A DNA stretch of 64,000 bases from Escherichia phage vb_EcoM-VR5: the sequence record NC_028881.1. One strand, written 5' to 3'. Below are positions 8,394 through 19,892 of this stretch, piece by piece; positions within the stretch are counted from its first letter, which is position 1, and each line of letters opens with the position of its first letter. The notes under the pieces are model-generated. The model ran no database searches. It worked only from the letters and a program-made list of their open reading frames with translations, and was not told the DNA's origin. A program made the position numbers and the translations under genes.

Positions 8394-9230
8394 TTATGCG
8401 TTCTTCCAAACTTTCTGAGCTGAGTAACGCTTGCCTTTAGACATGAACTGCTGGAGAGGCATCATTACTACATTAGCCCAATCAGATGGTTTTATCTCTA
8501 CCAAAGGACCTTTTATATTTCCTGGGATATAAGCTTTAATCATCATGTCGGCACCAGAGAATCCTTTAACTTTACTCCAATCTATTTTTAATTTCGTCGA
8601 GTTAGTAATGGTCGGCGTGCTCGCGTATTGCTTCAGCAATTCTTCTAGAAATTGTTGGCGTGCTTTAGGTGGAATATAGTGTAAGTTCAACCCGTACATA
8701 AGATTATGCTTACCAAGCCCTAGATAAATGATTAAAGGATATTTGTCCCAATACGGTAATGTATCCTTGTGTTTGGCATCATAGATATAAGCATAAAGCT
8801 TACCAGGAGATGGTTTAGACACCTGGTGTCCACGAATTCCTTTCTTTAATGTTTCTGTAAACCATTTAGCCGATTTATTGTTTACAGCAGCACCTTCGTT
8901 TGCAATCTTATCACGAATACTCTTTCTAAAACTATTTACCAAAATTAATTGTCGTTCAGCTTTGGTTAATTTATTGCCAGGTTTCTTCTGAAGTTTTTCG
9001 ACTTGTACAGCGGTTTTAATTCGACTCGAGTATCGAGACATCGCAGATGTAAAGCTAGAATACTTGATGCCTTTATCTTCAGCGAATTTCTTAGCCGAGA
9101 CACCTTTAGCCTTAGCTTTGGCATATTCAACACCCAAAGCTATCCATTGTTGTTCTGAACGAGTAGGCTTAGAACCTTTTGTGGTTTCAGTAGCCTCATT
9201 GATGTAGGAAAATATACTCATCCTTTCCAT
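8394..9230 (-). CDS. 2: gp2 DNA end-protector protein
   Basis: 278 aa basic protein; position between 3 and 4. Confidence 0.75.
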   Translation of the reverse strand: MERMSIFSYINEATETTKGSKPTRSEQQWIALGVEYAKAKAKGVSAKKFAEDKGIKYSSFTSAMSRYSSRIKTAVQVEKLQKKPGNKLTKAERQLILVNSFRKSIRDKIANEGAAVNNKSAKWFTETLKKGIRGHQVSKPSPGKLYAYIYDAKHKDTLPYWDKYPLIIYLGLGKHNLMYGLNLHYIPPKARQQFLEELLKQYASTPTITNSTKLKIDWSKVKGFSGADMMIKAYIPGNIKGPLVEIKPSDWANVVMMPLQQFMSKGKRYSAQKVWKNA

Positions 9231-9667
9231 CCTAATTTTTTCAGTGAGTTTTCAGTTATCAATCTAAAATTGATTCCCATTTTATCTGCTGTGGCTTTAG
9301 CAGCTTTCCATTTATCTTTATTTACACTCCATGTATAATGTTCGTTGATATATCTCTTTTTAGCGGCTGTAGTCATTTTAACAGGCGCCGCTGGAGGATG
9401 GGTTTCTTTAAAAGGTTTGACTTCAAAAAAGAATTGTTGGCCGTTATCAAACTTAACCCAGAAGTCCATAAAATAACGACGTTTCTTTCCATCCGCATTA
9501 CTAAAATATGGGATTATCACTTCCTCCGAATTCCACTGGACCACGTTAGGATGATTATCAAGCCATCGCATGAGCCATGCTTCCCATGAGGAACGATATT
9601 GGATTTTCTTCCAGTCACCTTTATATTTTTGTAAGTTAGTAGGTTTAAATTTCCCTGAGTAAGCCAT
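9218..9667 (-). CDS. 4: gp4 head completion protein
   Basis: 149 aa; divergent from gene 53; late promoter at 9694-9701. Confidence 0.75.
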   Translation of the reverse strand: MAYSGKFKPTNLQKYKGDWKKIQYRSSWEAWLMRWLDNHPNVVQWNSEEVIIPYFSNADGKKRRYFMDFWVKFDNGQQFFFEVKPFKETHPPAAPVKMTTAAKKRYINEHYTWSVNKDKWKAAKATADKMGINFRLITENSLKKLGWKG

Positions 9668-9678
9668 AGTCGCCTCCT

Positions 9679-9701
9679 TATAAATATTAATATTATTTAT
9701 A
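9679..9701. promoter_or_regulatory. Divergent late promoters: TATAAATA plus-strand 9679-9686 (gene 53) and minus-strand 9694-9701 (gene 4)
   Basis: Exact octamers about 27 nt upstream of each ATG. Confidence 0.65.
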
Positions 9702-9713
9702 CTCGGAGGCTCT

Positions 9714-10316
9714 ATGCTCTTCTCATTTTTCGATCCTATCGATTACGAATCAAAAACAGTCAAGCCGGATTCAGGCTCATTAACTAATGCCGATGTATTG
9801 AGCGTGCCGATGACTGATATATTTAGAAATTATAAAGAATATTTTGATAAAGTGGCTAAAAATTATACACTAAAAACTCATTACATCAACGGAGCACCTC
9901 GCCCGGAAGAATTGGCCCATATTCTTTATGGTAATGTCCAATTATATTGGGTTCTACTGATGTGTAATAATATATACGACCCTTATTATGGGTGGATTAC
10001 CGGACAAGAAGCAGCATATCAAGCGGCTATCCAAAGATATTCTACCGCTGGCGGAAACCAGGTCCTTTATCATGTTAATGAAAAGGGTGAGAAATTCTGG
10101 AATCTTGTTAACACACCAGAAAATCCATATACTTGGTATGACAAAGGTGATACAGAAAAACGGTATCCTCAGTACGAAGGCCCATTGGCCGCAGTAGATA
10201 TTTACGAGGATGCTATTCGTAAAAATGAATATAAGCGTGAAATAAAAATTATAGACCCTAACGATATCGAGTCTTTTGTTTCTGCTCTTATTCGCGAAAT
10301 GGAGAAAGCCCTCTAA
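9714..10316 (+). CDS. 53: gp53 baseplate wedge protein
   Basis: 200 aa; precedes gp5; late promoter upstream. Confidence 0.8.
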   Translation: MLFSFFDPIDYESKTVKPDSGSLTNADVLSVPMTDIFRNYKEYFDKVAKNYTLKTHYINGAPRPEELAHILYGNVQLYWVLLMCNNIYDPYYGWITGQEAAYQAAIQRYSTAGGNQVLYHVNEKGEKFWNLVNTPENPYTWYDKGDTEKRYPQYEGPLAAVDIYEDAIRKNEYKREIKIIDPNDIESFVSALIREMEKAL

Positions 10317-12058
10317 TGATTAACATGTCTGATAACGTAAGTTGGTTCGTCGGTGTAGTTGAAGACCGAATGGACCCTCTGCAACAAGGTCGAGTACGTG
10401 TACGTGTATGGGGTATGCATCCTTATGAAAAGGTACAGGGTCCTGTAAAGGGCCTTCGTACTGAAGATTTACCCTGGATGTCTGTATTGATGCCTACATC
10501 TTCAGCTTCTGTTTCTGGCATCCAGACAGCAATGACTGGCATGGTTCCTGGTACACAGGTTTATGGCCACTTTCTTGATAAGTGGAAATTAAATGGATTA
10601 GTAATTGGTACTTACGGCTCTGCTTCAAGACAAAAGGCAAATACAAACGAAGGTTTCGCCGATCCTACAGGACAATATCCACTTTATTTAGGTAATGACG
10701 CCGCTGCACTAAACAGAGGTGGTGAAGTTGGATACGACGCCACATCTAATATAATACAAGATGCAAACACCGATGTAGGTATTAATCCTGATGGATTAGA
10801 CTTAAGCCAAGTCAAGCCTGATGATAATCCTAATTTCACAATAGAAAACATGCTTCATCGTGATGAGGGACTTCGACTTAAGGTATATTGGGACACAGAA
10901 GGATATCCTACTATAGGTATAGGCCATCTTATTACTCCACAACCTATTAGAGATATGAATCAGATAAACAAAATATTATCTAATCAAATAGGCCGTGAAG
11001 TTAAAGGTAACCCTGGCGCAATATCAATGGACGAAGCTTCTAAGTTATTCCAAGAAGACCTTAAAAAAGTCCAAAACGATATAGGCAAACATAGTGTCGT
11101 AGGCCCTGTTTACAATAAAGAAAACCGCTCTAGACAAATGGCTCTTGAAAACATGGCTTTCCAAATGGGCCTAGGCGGACTCGCCAAATTCCGTGGTATG
11201 CTCGGTGCAATGCTAATAGGCGATTATAAAAAGGCATTTGAGGAAGCTCGAAATTCGGTATGGTTTAACCAAACTAAGGGCCGCGCATCAAGGGTATCAA
11301 TGATTATCCTTACAGGTAATATGGAATCATATGGTATTATGGCCCCTAAAGAAAGAGAATTTAACGGGCGTTCATATAGAATGATTCAAACCTTTGCCGC
11401 CCCTACAAATTCCGATCCAGCCGATCCATGGACTCCAGAAGATTCAAGGATTCTTTTTAAAGAACCTGATTCTAGCTATAAAGGCGAATATCCTTATGTC
11501 CAAACTATGCAAACTGAAGGCGGGCATATTCAAGAATTCGATAACACCCCTGGACAAGAACGTTATCGTTTAATCCACCCTACAGGTAGTTATGAAGAAG
11601 TTGCTCCTGATGGACGTAAAACAGTTAAGACCGTAGCCGATGGTTATTATATGACCCAAGGAGATTCTAGTACTTACGTGGGCGGTAATAATAAAGTCAA
11701 CGTGGGCGGTGACGAAACCTATTACAATATGGCTAACGTGCGACGTCAAACTGACGGTTCTGAAAGCATTCATATTCGTGGTAATGAAACCAAAACAGTA
11801 GAAGGCGATGGGACCCTTATTGTTAAAGGAAATGTTACGGTTATTGTTGAAGGCAATGCTGATATAACTGTTAAAGGTGATGCAAAAACTTTAGTTGAAG
11901 GCAACCATGATTATACTGTTAATGGAAACGTTACTTGGTCGGTAAATGGAAATGTTGATATGACCGTCGCTGGTAATTGGTCTGAAACTATGTCGACTAT
12001 GAGTTCTATTGCATCCGGTCAATATACTATTGATGGTTCGAGGATTGACATTGGCTAA
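10316..12058 (+). CDS. 5: gp5 baseplate central spike with tail lysozyme domain
   Basis: 580 aa; lysozyme core motif GYPTIGIGHLIT; C-terminal VxGNxxxxV beta-helix repeats. Confidence 0.95.
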   Translation: MINMSDNVSWFVGVVEDRMDPLQQGRVRVRVWGMHPYEKVQGPVKGLRTEDLPWMSVLMPTSSASVSGIQTAMTGMVPGTQVYGHFLDKWKLNGLVIGTYGSASRQKANTNEGFADPTGQYPLYLGNDAAALNRGGEVGYDATSNIIQDANTDVGINPDGLDLSQVKPDDNPNFTIENMLHRDEGLRLKVYWDTEGYPTIGIGHLITPQPIRDMNQINKILSNQIGREVKGNPGAISMDEASKLFQEDLKKVQNDIGKHSVVGPVYNKENRSRQMALENMAFQMGLGGLAKFRGMLGAMLIGDYKKAFEEARNSVWFNQTKGRASRVSMIILTGNMESYGIMAPKEREFNGRSYRMIQTFAAPTNSDPADPWTPEDSRILFKEPDSSYKGEYPYVQTMQTEGGHIQEFDNTPGQERYRLIHPTGSYEEVAPDGRKTVKTVADGYYMTQGDSSTYVGGNNKVNVGGDETYYNMANVRRQTDGSESIHIRGNETKTVEGDGTLIVKGNVTVIVEGNADITVKGDAKTLVEGNHDYTVNGNVTWSVNGNVDMTVAGNWSETMSTMSSIASGQYTIDGSRIDIG

Positions 12059-12092
12059 TATCCTACCAATGAGCACTGATTTAGGAGACTCC

Positions 12093-12590
12093 ATGGAAGG
12101 GGCCTCAATCGATGTTACGTTTACCGCTCAATTAGAAACAAACGAAACATTAGTCGAAATAAATATAACTGAATATGAGCCAACAGAAGGCATTATTGTC
12201 GATGGGGCTCGATTATACGGAACCTATGAATCGGTATTTGGATTCTCTGAAGATGCGTTAAAATATCGATTAGGTGATGAATTTAAAACTGCAGGTTCAT
12301 GGAAAGACCTACCGACCGATAGTAATGCCCAATTATACCTCTGGAAAGCTCCTGGTAATCTTCAGAAGACATTTTCTTACACAGTCACATTAACCTATGA
12401 CTTTCAAGAAGAGACGTCAGGAGGCGATACAGGGAACTCAGGCGGCAGTAACTCTAGGGCTGGCACTGAAACCGATCCACCTCCTGCTCCTGTAAGAAAA
12501 ACTCTTACCAAGGTTTATACCAAGGTTATAGTCGGAAATTGGAGCAAGTGGGCTAACCAATTAAGAGAATATGTATATGCGAGGGATTAA
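12093..12590 (+). CDS. Hypothetical protein in the gene 5.1 position
   Basis: ORF 12009..12590; start assigned to ATG 12093 after TAGGAGA, downstream of the gp5 stop. Confidence 0.5.
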   Translation: MEGASIDVTFTAQLETNETLVEINITEYEPTEGIIVDGARLYGTYESVFGFSEDALKYRLGDEFKTAGSWKDLPTDSNAQLYLWKAPGNLQKTFSYTVTLTYDFQEETSGGDTGNSGGSNSRAGTETDPPPAPVRKTLTKVYTKVIVGNWSKWANQLREYVYARD

Positions 12591-12884
12591 ATGGCTGGGT
12601 TAAGTTATAACCAATGTGTGACAGCGGGTCATGAAGCGTGGCCTCCTACCATAATTAACGCCACCCAAGGTAAAGTATTTACCGGTGGAATTCCTGTATT
12701 AGTTGATGGTGACCCTATTACAGAACATACTGAAATTAAAAAGCCATATGAAACTCATGGTGGAGTTACTCAACCTCGTACGTCTAAGGTATACGTAACC
12801 GGAAAGAAAGCTGTTCAAATGGCAGACCCGATTTCATGTGGTGATACAGTCGCCCAAGCCTCAGCAAAAGTGTTTATAAAATAG
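12591..12884 (+). CDS. 5.4: gp5.4 PAAR-repeat spike-tip protein
   Basis: 97 aa; size and position match T4 gp5.4. Confidence 0.8.
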   Translation: MAGLSYNQCVTAGHEAWPPTIINATQGKVFTGGIPVLVDGDPITEHTEIKKPYETHGGVTQPRTSKVYVTGKKAVQMADPISCGDTVAQASAKVFIK

Positions 12885-12892
12885 GAAAACTA

Positions 12893-14851
12893 ATGGCTAC
12901 TCCTACGAATTACCAATTAACAAGAACCGTTAACGCTATCCCAAAAGTATTTGTGGGAGCTACGTTTGAAGAAATTAAAAAGAACATCATTGACTGGCTT
13001 TCTAGCCAGGAAGAATTTAAGGATTACGATTTCGTTGGTTCTCGAATGAATATCCTTATTGATATGCTTGCTTATAATACATTGTATATGCAGCAGTTTG
13101 CTAACACAGCTTTATACGAATCTTTTATAGGAACGGCCAACCTTCGTTCTTCGGTTGTCCAGGCAGCACAAGATAACGGATATCTCCCTAGTTCTAAATC
13201 CGCAGCCAAAACTACCGTAATGCTTACTTGTACTCAGGCCCTTAATGAAAAGAATATTCGTATCCCTAGAGGTACTAAATTCTTGGCTTATGCTCGTGAT
13301 ACATCAGCAGACCCGTATGCTTTTGTTACCATGGAAAACGTTATTGCCGTACGTGATGTTAATAACCAATATCTCCCTATTGTATCTTTAGCACAAGGTC
13401 GTATTATTCGTACTGAACTTAAATATGACCCTAAAACCCCTATTCTTATTCGGGACCCGGACATTGATAGACAAGAAGTTAAACTTTATGTCGATGGTGC
13501 AGAATGGACCAACTGGACTAATAAATCCATGGTTCATGCTGGTAGTACATCAACCATTTACTATATGCGTGAAACCGTAGATGGTAATACCGAATTCTTC
13601 TTTGGTGAAGGAGTTGCCGAAAAATCAGTTGCAGGTGGTGTATTAGAAGCTAATTATATTGGTGGTTTAAAACCTGTTAAAGATGCTACCGTTGTTATAG
13701 AATATCTTCGCACCGATGGTGAAGTTGCTAACGGTGCAGTGGATTTCAGTTATGCAGACTCATTGGCTTATATAACCGTAGAAAAAATTACAGAAAACTA
13801 TAATGACGACCCAGATTATGTGGGTGCTGACGGTGGTGGTGACCCTGAAGATATTGAACGTATTCGTGAACTGGCTGTAGTTAAACGCGAAGCCCAGATG
13901 CGTGCCGTAACCGGTACAGATTATGATACATTCGTTTCAGAGCGATTTGGTTCTATTGTACAGGCAGTACAAACCTTTACAGACCCAAATAAACCAGGTT
14001 ACGCCTTTGTTACCATTAAACCTAAATCAGGATTGTATTTGACAGCGGTTCAACGCGAAGATATCCAAAATTATCTTTCAGAATTTAACCTGGCGCCTAT
14101 TACTCCTTCGGTTATTTCTCCTGACTACTTGTTCTTAAAGCATAAAATTAAGGTTTCATATGCACTGAACAAATTACAGGAATCCGAACAATGGCTAACG
14201 GCTCAAATCCTTTCCCAAATAGACCGTTATTATATTAACGAAGTTGAAATATTCAACCATGGATTTGCCAAGTCTAAAATGTTGACTTATATTGATAATG
14301 CGGACCACAGTATCCTTGGCTCTTCGGCTACGGTAACAATGGTTCGCGAAGTATTAAACTTCTTCAAAACACCTGAAGCGGGTATTAAATACTATAATCA
14401 ATATACCAACCGTTCTGTAACTTCTAGTGAATTTGAGTTCGTCCCGACAAACGTATCGGATGATATTAAATCTTATAACGTACGTATTGTTGCCACAGAT
14501 AAAGACGAAAGAGGCGATGGTAAAATGGTTATAGGTCCTTTCCGACCAGGTGATGTAATTGAAAACCAGTACATCCAACCTTACACCGGAGATGACTTCG
14601 ATAAAATGGCAGCTCCTGCAGACCAATCAGTCTACTATGTTATTGGCGAAATTGATTATTACTCAGACTTTATTTTCTGGGATATCGCCGCAATAGGCCT
14701 TACTTCTGACCGTTTTGAAGTCCAGTCTATTGAACTTTATGCAGGACCAGACCAAGACAACATCTTTACCAAAGACGGTTCTTTAATCGTATTTGAAGAT
14801 GACCTTCGTCCTCAGTACACAACTATAGAGTTGGAACCAATTACAATATAA
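12893..14851 (+). CDS. 6: gp6 baseplate wedge protein
   Basis: 652 aa; T4 order. Confidence 0.9.
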   Translation: MATPTNYQLTRTVNAIPKVFVGATFEEIKKNIIDWLSSQEEFKDYDFVGSRMNILIDMLAYNTLYMQQFANTALYESFIGTANLRSSVVQAAQDNGYLPSSKSAAKTTVMLTCTQALNEKNIRIPRGTKFLAYARDTSADPYAFVTMENVIAVRDVNNQYLPIVSLAQGRIIRTELKYDPKTPILIRDPDIDRQEVKLYVDGAEWTNWTNKSMVHAGSTSTIYYMRETVDGNTEFFFGEGVAEKSVAGGVLEANYIGGLKPVKDATVVIEYLRTDGEVANGAVDFSYADSLAYITVEKITENYNDDPDYVGADGGGDPEDIERIRELAVVKREAQMRAVTGTDYDTFVSERFGSIVQAVQTFTDPNKPGYAFVTIKPKSGLYLTAVQREDIQNYLSEFNLAPITPSVISPDYLFLKHKIKVSYALNKLQESEQWLTAQILSQIDRYYINEVEIFNHGFAKSKMLTYIDNADHSILGSSATVTMVREVLNFFKTPEAGIKYYNQYTNRSVTSSEFEFVPTNVSDDIKSYNVRIVATDKDERGDGKMVIGPFRPGDVIENQYIQPYTGDDFDKMAAPADQSVYYVIGEIDYYSDFIFWDIAAIGLTSDRFEVQSIELYAGPDQDNIFTKDGSLIVFEDDLRPQYTTIELEPITI

Positions 14852-14878
14852 GCCTCTTCGGAGGTTTAAGGAGATTTA

Positions 14879-17800
14879 ATGTCTGTACAAGCGCCTTATG
14901 TTACTAGTCTGAGAATTGATAAACTCTCGGCTAACCATGTGAGCATTCTTTGGGATGACGTAGGCGCCAACTTCTATTATTTTGTAGAACTGGCCCAAAC
15001 GAAGGATGCGGGTGTAGAAATTCCCGATGAAAATTTATTTTGGAGAAATTTAGGTTACACCCCTAACAACGAATGGTTTGAAGAGACATTCATTTCTCCT
15101 AATTCGTTCTATAAGATGCGGGTGGCTGTTGCAGCCCAAGGCTTTGAACAGTCTGAATGGGTTTATACCGAAGAATTTGAAACCTTTGCCACGAACGCGT
15201 ATACGTTTGAACATATGCGCGAATTCACTTTATCTAATAAGTTTATTGAAGAAAAATTCACAAACAATAACCAGAATTATGTGAACTTTAATACTGATGC
15301 CATTATGGCTTCCTTAATGACGGAAGATTTTAACTTTACACCGGCTTATTCTCATTTATCGTCTATATCCAATTATGTTTTAAAAGCTGAACGTTTCCAT
15401 GAAATCCAAGGAAGTATTCAAGCGGTATGTAAAGACCCTAAAAGGTCCATACTTATGGAATTAGGTGGAGTTCTGTATCTTTTAGAAAGATTCCAAAGCA
15501 CCGCTAAAGTTTCTAATGATAAAGGACAGAACTGGCATTATATTAGATTGTTTAACGATAGAGTAGGTAATCCGGTATCTAGAACGGTGCATTACCAAAC
15601 AGAAACTACTACATATGTACTAGGTTATGACCAAATATTTTATGGGCGTAAATCAAGTGATATCCGTTGGTCTGCTGACGACGTCCGCTTTAGTTCCCAG
15701 GATGTAACATTTGCTAAAATCGGTAGTGATATTGACCTCCCGTTTGAAATAGAAATATTTGGGTCATACGCAAAACTTCCTTTGCCTATTTCTACTATTG
15801 CTGAAGCCATATGTGCTTCAGATGATTTCATTTATGTTGCAGGTAGAGACAGAGTTTATAAAGCAAAAACATCTGAGGCCCCTATAGATACCGACCCTAG
15901 CTCACCAACTTATGGCGAGAAGATATTTGAAAGCGGATATTCTACTATTACCGGGAATCCAAAAGCTGTTTGTTATAAATTAGATTCTATCCAAGGACAC
16001 ACGTTTGCTTTAATTACAGGCGAAGTTAAAGAAGAAAAAATGGACCCTACAGTAGAGGCCAACGTAATTGATTCTGAATCTAAAGGTGTCTATTGGTTAG
16101 ATGTAGAAACAGATACTTGGACTCGAGTATTCGGTAATACTGAAGAAGAACGTCGTAGAATAGAACATGGATATACTAGCATGTCTACAGATGGCGAAGA
16201 GTTATTTTTTAGTTCTAGCAACTTTAGATATGAGGTAGAGGTTGATTCTGAACTTCCTTTGGAATATCCTGAAATTGTTACTTCGGCCGTTAAATACGTT
16301 AAAGACGAACAGTGGATTCATGATAAGCATTATTTGATGATGAGTTTTAGGTCTAACTCTAAATCGGATTTTAAAGAATTCAAACCAGGCCGTATGGCTT
16401 ATTACGCTGAACCATTCTTTAGTTGGTCTCGCCGTGATGGGACCCGTTCTTGGATTACTACAGGTGACCATGCAATGGTCGTTTATAATGATGCTTTGTA
16501 TCAGAAAATAATCGACCTTAATAGTGGTTCATCGCCGGAGCGTATTGTTCATGAGATTTGGAATAAAGGTTTTTGTAAAGTTACATCGCCTAATATAGAG
16601 TTCAATGGCTTTAAGAAATATTCTTCCGGAATGATGATTCATAAATCAACAGGTGAATTGGTTGGGTATTTTGAATTCGACTACCGGGTACGCGATGAAG
16701 TTCGTGTTATTTGGAAGCCAAAAGAAATTATGTTTACGGCCGAACTTCAAAACCAAGAACATGAAATCCCATGGAAACCTAAAGAAGAAGTTGGTGAACA
16801 AGACCCAGACCTCCAACCGTTATTAGTTAAAATGATTCCAGATAGTTATTTGCTTCAAGATTCTAACTTTGAGAAATTCTGTGAATATTACTTACAGTTT
16901 ATTAGTGATGGCTCCGGTACGCATTATAACAATTTGTTGAATCTTATTCGTAACCAATATCCACGTGAAGAAGATTCATGGGAATATCTGTGGTCAGAAA
17001 TCTATAAGCGAAATATCTATTTGTCGAAGGAAAAACGTGATGAAGTGGTTCGTTTCTTCCAGGCTCGTCAATCAGATTTTTGGTCAACTAAAGGCACTGA
17101 AGCTTCATATAAATTCCTGTTTAAATTGCTTTATAATGAAGATGTTGAAATCGATATTGAGTCTAAAAACTCTATCGAATATGATATTATAGTTGAATCT
17201 GATAACATCAGTGAAGATATCGTTGGGCAAACCATTTATACCCCTACAGGTCGCAGTAATGTTACATACATTGAACGTAACTATAAACAAGGTAAATTGC
17301 AATGGCGTTTAACCATTCATAACCTTTTAGGTCGTTTTATAGTTGGCCAGGAAATCAAATCCGAACGTACTTCATTTAAGGGTATGATTGTACAGGGTGT
17401 GCGTGGTAAAGAGCTTTTGAGTAACAACATCGACTATATCAACCGTAACCGTTCTTATTATGTGATGACTATTAAGTCTAATCTCCCTACCTCTCGTTAT
17501 CGCAACGATGTTTTGAGATTTGTACACCCTGTCGGCTTCGGATTTGTAGGTATAACTTTGCTTTCTATGTTTGTTAACGTCGGATTGACACTAAAACATA
17601 CAGAAACTATTATTAATATCCTTAAGAACTATAAATGGGACGCCGGGTTGCCATCTGAATGGTATGATAGAGTTGCTGTAATAGGTTTTGATGGTAATAT
17701 AGAAAGAGACCCTCGTACAGGTGCTCCTGTGTATAATGTTGGGCCTAAAGCAGGAGAACCATTTGATATTCCCGCAGATTATGATGCAGAAAATGATTTC

Positions 17801-17974
17801 TCTATATTCCAAGGTCAATTACCACACGAACGTGTTAAAAAGCACAGTCCTCTATTCGACCAAAGTGCGGTGACTTTTGCTAATTGGCGAGAACTGGTTG
17901 ACAAACGCCTTAAAGACGATATTGGAAACCCTAGAGACCCTAAAGTTCCAACTCAGGTAAAACTTAATGATTAA
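14879..17974 (+). CDS. 7: gp7 baseplate wedge protein
   Basis: 1031 aa; T4 order. Confidence 0.9.
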   Translation: MSVQAPYVTSLRIDKLSANHVSILWDDVGANFYYFVELAQTKDAGVEIPDENLFWRNLGYTPNNEWFEETFISPNSFYKMRVAVAAQGFEQSEWVYTEEFETFATNAYTFEHMREFTLSNKFIEEKFTNNNQNYVNFNTDAIMASLMTEDFNFTPAYSHLSSISNYVLKAERFHEIQGSIQAVCKDPKRSILMELGGVLYLLERFQSTAKVSNDKGQNWHYIRLFNDRVGNPVSRTVHYQTETTTYVLGYDQIFYGRKSSDIRWSADDVRFSSQDVTFAKIGSDIDLPFEIEIFGSYAKLPLPISTIAEAICASDDFIYVAGRDRVYKAKTSEAPIDTDPSSPTYGEKIFESGYSTITGNPKAVCYKLDSIQGHTFALITGEVKEEKMDPTVEANVIDSESKGVYWLDVETDTWTRVFGNTEEERRRIEHGYTSMSTDGEELFFSSSNFRYEVEVDSELPLEYPEIVTSAVKYVKDEQWIHDKHYLMMSFRSNSKSDFKEFKPGRMAYYAEPFFSWSRRDGTRSWITTGDHAMVVYNDALYQKIIDLNSGSSPERIVHEIWNKGFCKVTSPNIEFNGFKKYSSGMMIHKSTGELVGYFEFDYRVRDEVRVIWKPKEIMFTAELQNQEHEIPWKPKEEVGEQDPDLQPLLVKMIPDSYLLQDSNFEKFCEYYLQFISDGSGTHYNNLLNLIRNQYPREEDSWEYLWSEIYKRNIYLSKEKRDEVVRFFQARQSDFWSTKGTEASYKFLFKLLYNEDVEIDIESKNSIEYDIIVESDNISEDIVGQTIYTPTGRSNVTYIERNYKQGKLQWRLTIHNLLGRFIVGQEIKSERTSFKGMIVQGVRGKELLSNNIDYINRNRSYYVMTIKSNLPTSRYRNDVLRFVHPVGFGFVGITLLSMFVNVGLTLKHTETIINILKNYKWDAGLPSEWYDRVAVIGFDGNIERDPRTGAPVYNVGPKAGEPFDIPADYDAENDFSIFQGQLPHERVKKHSPLFDQSAVTFANWRELVDKRLKDDIGNPRDPKVPTQVKLND

Positions 17975-18971
17975 TTCTACAGTAGTTTATCGTTCTATTG
18001 TGACTTCTAAATTTAGAACGGAAAAAATGTATAACTTTTACAGAACCATAGGTGATGGCGAAGACCAGAATACGATGTATGTATCTTTCGGAAGGGCCCG
18101 TCCATGGGCCGATAACGAAAACGACCCCGGGTTTGCACCACCATATCCTGTAGATGATTCTGAAGGCGTAGAAGACGTCTGGACCAACATGATGGGTTGT
18201 GTTAAGGTTTATAAGAGTATGTTAGATTGTGTTGTTCCTCGTAAAGACTGGGGCGATACCTCTTATCCTAACCCATTTACTTTCCAAATCGGTGAAATTG
18301 TGGTGGCTAATAGTCAACCACAAAACCGTACTGATGTTGGTGCTGGCTGGATGGTTTACCGTTGTGTAGACGTGCCTGAATCAGGAACTTGTTCTATTTT
18401 ATCTCTTGATAATAAGACCGAATGTATTAAACTAGGCGGAAAATGGACTTCCAATGTCCAATCTGTAAAAGCTCCTGCGGGACAAGGCGATACTGAAGGT
18501 ATGGTTGATACAGGCGATGGATATCTCTGGGAATATTTGTATGAGATTCCACCTGATGTAAGTATTAACCGTTGTACCAATGAATATATTGTGGTTCCAT
18601 GGCCGGAAGAAATTGCTGAAGACCCGGAACGTTGGGGATACGAGAATAATCTCACTTGGCAACAAGATGATTATGGATTAATTTACCGTATTAAAGGCAA
18701 TACTATTCGCTTTAAAGCATTCTTGGATTCAGTTTATTTCCCTGAATTTAGTCTCCCGGGAAACAAAGGTTTTAGACAGCTTTCGATAATTTCTAACCCG
18801 TTAGAAGCTAAAGCCCACCCATCCGATCCAATCATTAAAGCCGAAAAAGAGTACTATGATGTTATAGACCTCTCCCGCCACTCCGGTGAAATGATTTATA
18901 TGGAAAACCGTCCTCCGGTTATTCGTTCTATGGACCAAACCGAAGAAATTAACATTGTCTTCGAATTCTAA
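17967..18971 (+). CDS. 8: gp8 baseplate wedge protein
   Basis: 334 aa; N-terminus VYRSIVTSKFRTEKM; overlaps gp7 end by 8 nt. Confidence 0.9.
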   Translation: MINSTVVYRSIVTSKFRTEKMYNFYRTIGDGEDQNTMYVSFGRARPWADNENDPGFAPPYPVDDSEGVEDVWTNMMGCVKVYKSMLDCVVPRKDWGDTSYPNPFTFQIGEIVVANSQPQNRTDVGAGWMVYRCVDVPESGTCSILSLDNKTECIKLGGKWTSNVQSVKAPAGQGDTEGMVDTGDGYLWEYLYEIPPDVSINRCTNEYIVVPWPEEIAEDPERWGYENNLTWQQDDYGLIYRIKGNTIRFKAFLDSVYFPEFSLPGNKGFRQLSIISNPLEAKAHPSDPIIKAEKEYYDVIDLSRHSGEMIYMENRPPVIRSMDQTEEINIVFEF

Positions 18972-18972
18972 T

Positions 18973-19005
18973 AAGGGCCGCAAGGCCCTTTCGGGCTTAT
19001 AAATA
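18973..19005 (+). promoter_or_regulatory. Terminator hairpin (18973-18990) followed by late promoter TATAAATA (18998-19005) for gene 9
   Basis: AAGGGCC-GCAA-GGCCCTT stem-loop, then TATAAATA 27 nt before the gp9 ATG. Confidence 0.6.
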
Positions 19006-19031
19006 CATTATATCAATAATGAGGCATACCT

Positions 19032-19892
19032 ATGATTAAGCAAACTGGTAAAGAACTAATTGACGTCGGCGAAATTGGTAATGCCAGCACCGGCGACATC
19101 CTTTATGATGGTGGTGTTAAACTGAACACCGACTTAAATAACATCTATAACACTTTTGGCGACCAACGTAAAACTGCTTTAACCGGTGAATTGACCGGCC
19201 AGAAATTACATGCTACAGGATATTATCAAAAATTCGGAGATACTGACCAGGCAAGTTCTGTTGATTTAGGCTCTTTAGTTGACATTGACGCCTCTACTGG
19301 TTCTATTGTACTGACTACTGTAAAAGGTGCAGTCGGTGAAGGGATAGAAATTATTAACTCTAATGGAAGTATTTCACCTACCAACTATCTTGAAATCCGT
19401 ATATTAGATACTTTTGCAGGCCATCCTACTTCGACTCTACGTATTGTAACACCATATACAAGGGTTCTTTTATGGTGTGTATCGGATACAAACGGTATCG
19501 CGGTATGGGATTATTCTATAGAAAGTATGTTCGGTGACAAACGGGTTCCATTAAATAAGACATACAACATATCTTCTGTTGCCCGCGATATCCCGGTTGT
19601 TTACTCAGGCCAATATTCGCTTGTTAAACTTTTGGTAACAGCAGTTAATGCAAACGAGACTATATACAAAGCTTCGGAGTATCTAGTGTTTATAGATAAC
19701 CAAGCTAAAAAGATTTATTCTACTGAATACGCCGTTATTAAACGTGGGCAGACTTCAGACGAAGATGAAATTTATGCGTTAGATTTTAAATTTGACACAT
19801 CAAACTATATTATCGCAACCGTTTCTTCTGTTAATCCTATGAGATTGGCAATTAAGGTTGTAGAAACTCAAACTATCGGAGTTCCAGTATAA
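19032..19892 (+). CDS. 9: gp9 baseplate protein (long tail fibre socket)
   Basis: 286 aa; T4 order. Confidence 0.85.
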   Translation: MIKQTGKELIDVGEIGNASTGDILYDGGVKLNTDLNNIYNTFGDQRKTALTGELTGQKLHATGYYQKFGDTDQASSVDLGSLVDIDASTGSIVLTTVKGAVGEGIEIINSNGSISPTNYLEIRILDTFAGHPTSTLRIVTPYTRVLLWCVSDTNGIAVWDYSIESMFGDKRVPLNKTYNISSVARDIPVVYSGQYSLVKLLVTAVNANETIYKASEYLVFIDNQAKKIYSTEYAVIKRGQTSDEDEIYALDFKFDTSNYIIATVSSVNPMRLAIKVVETQTIGVPV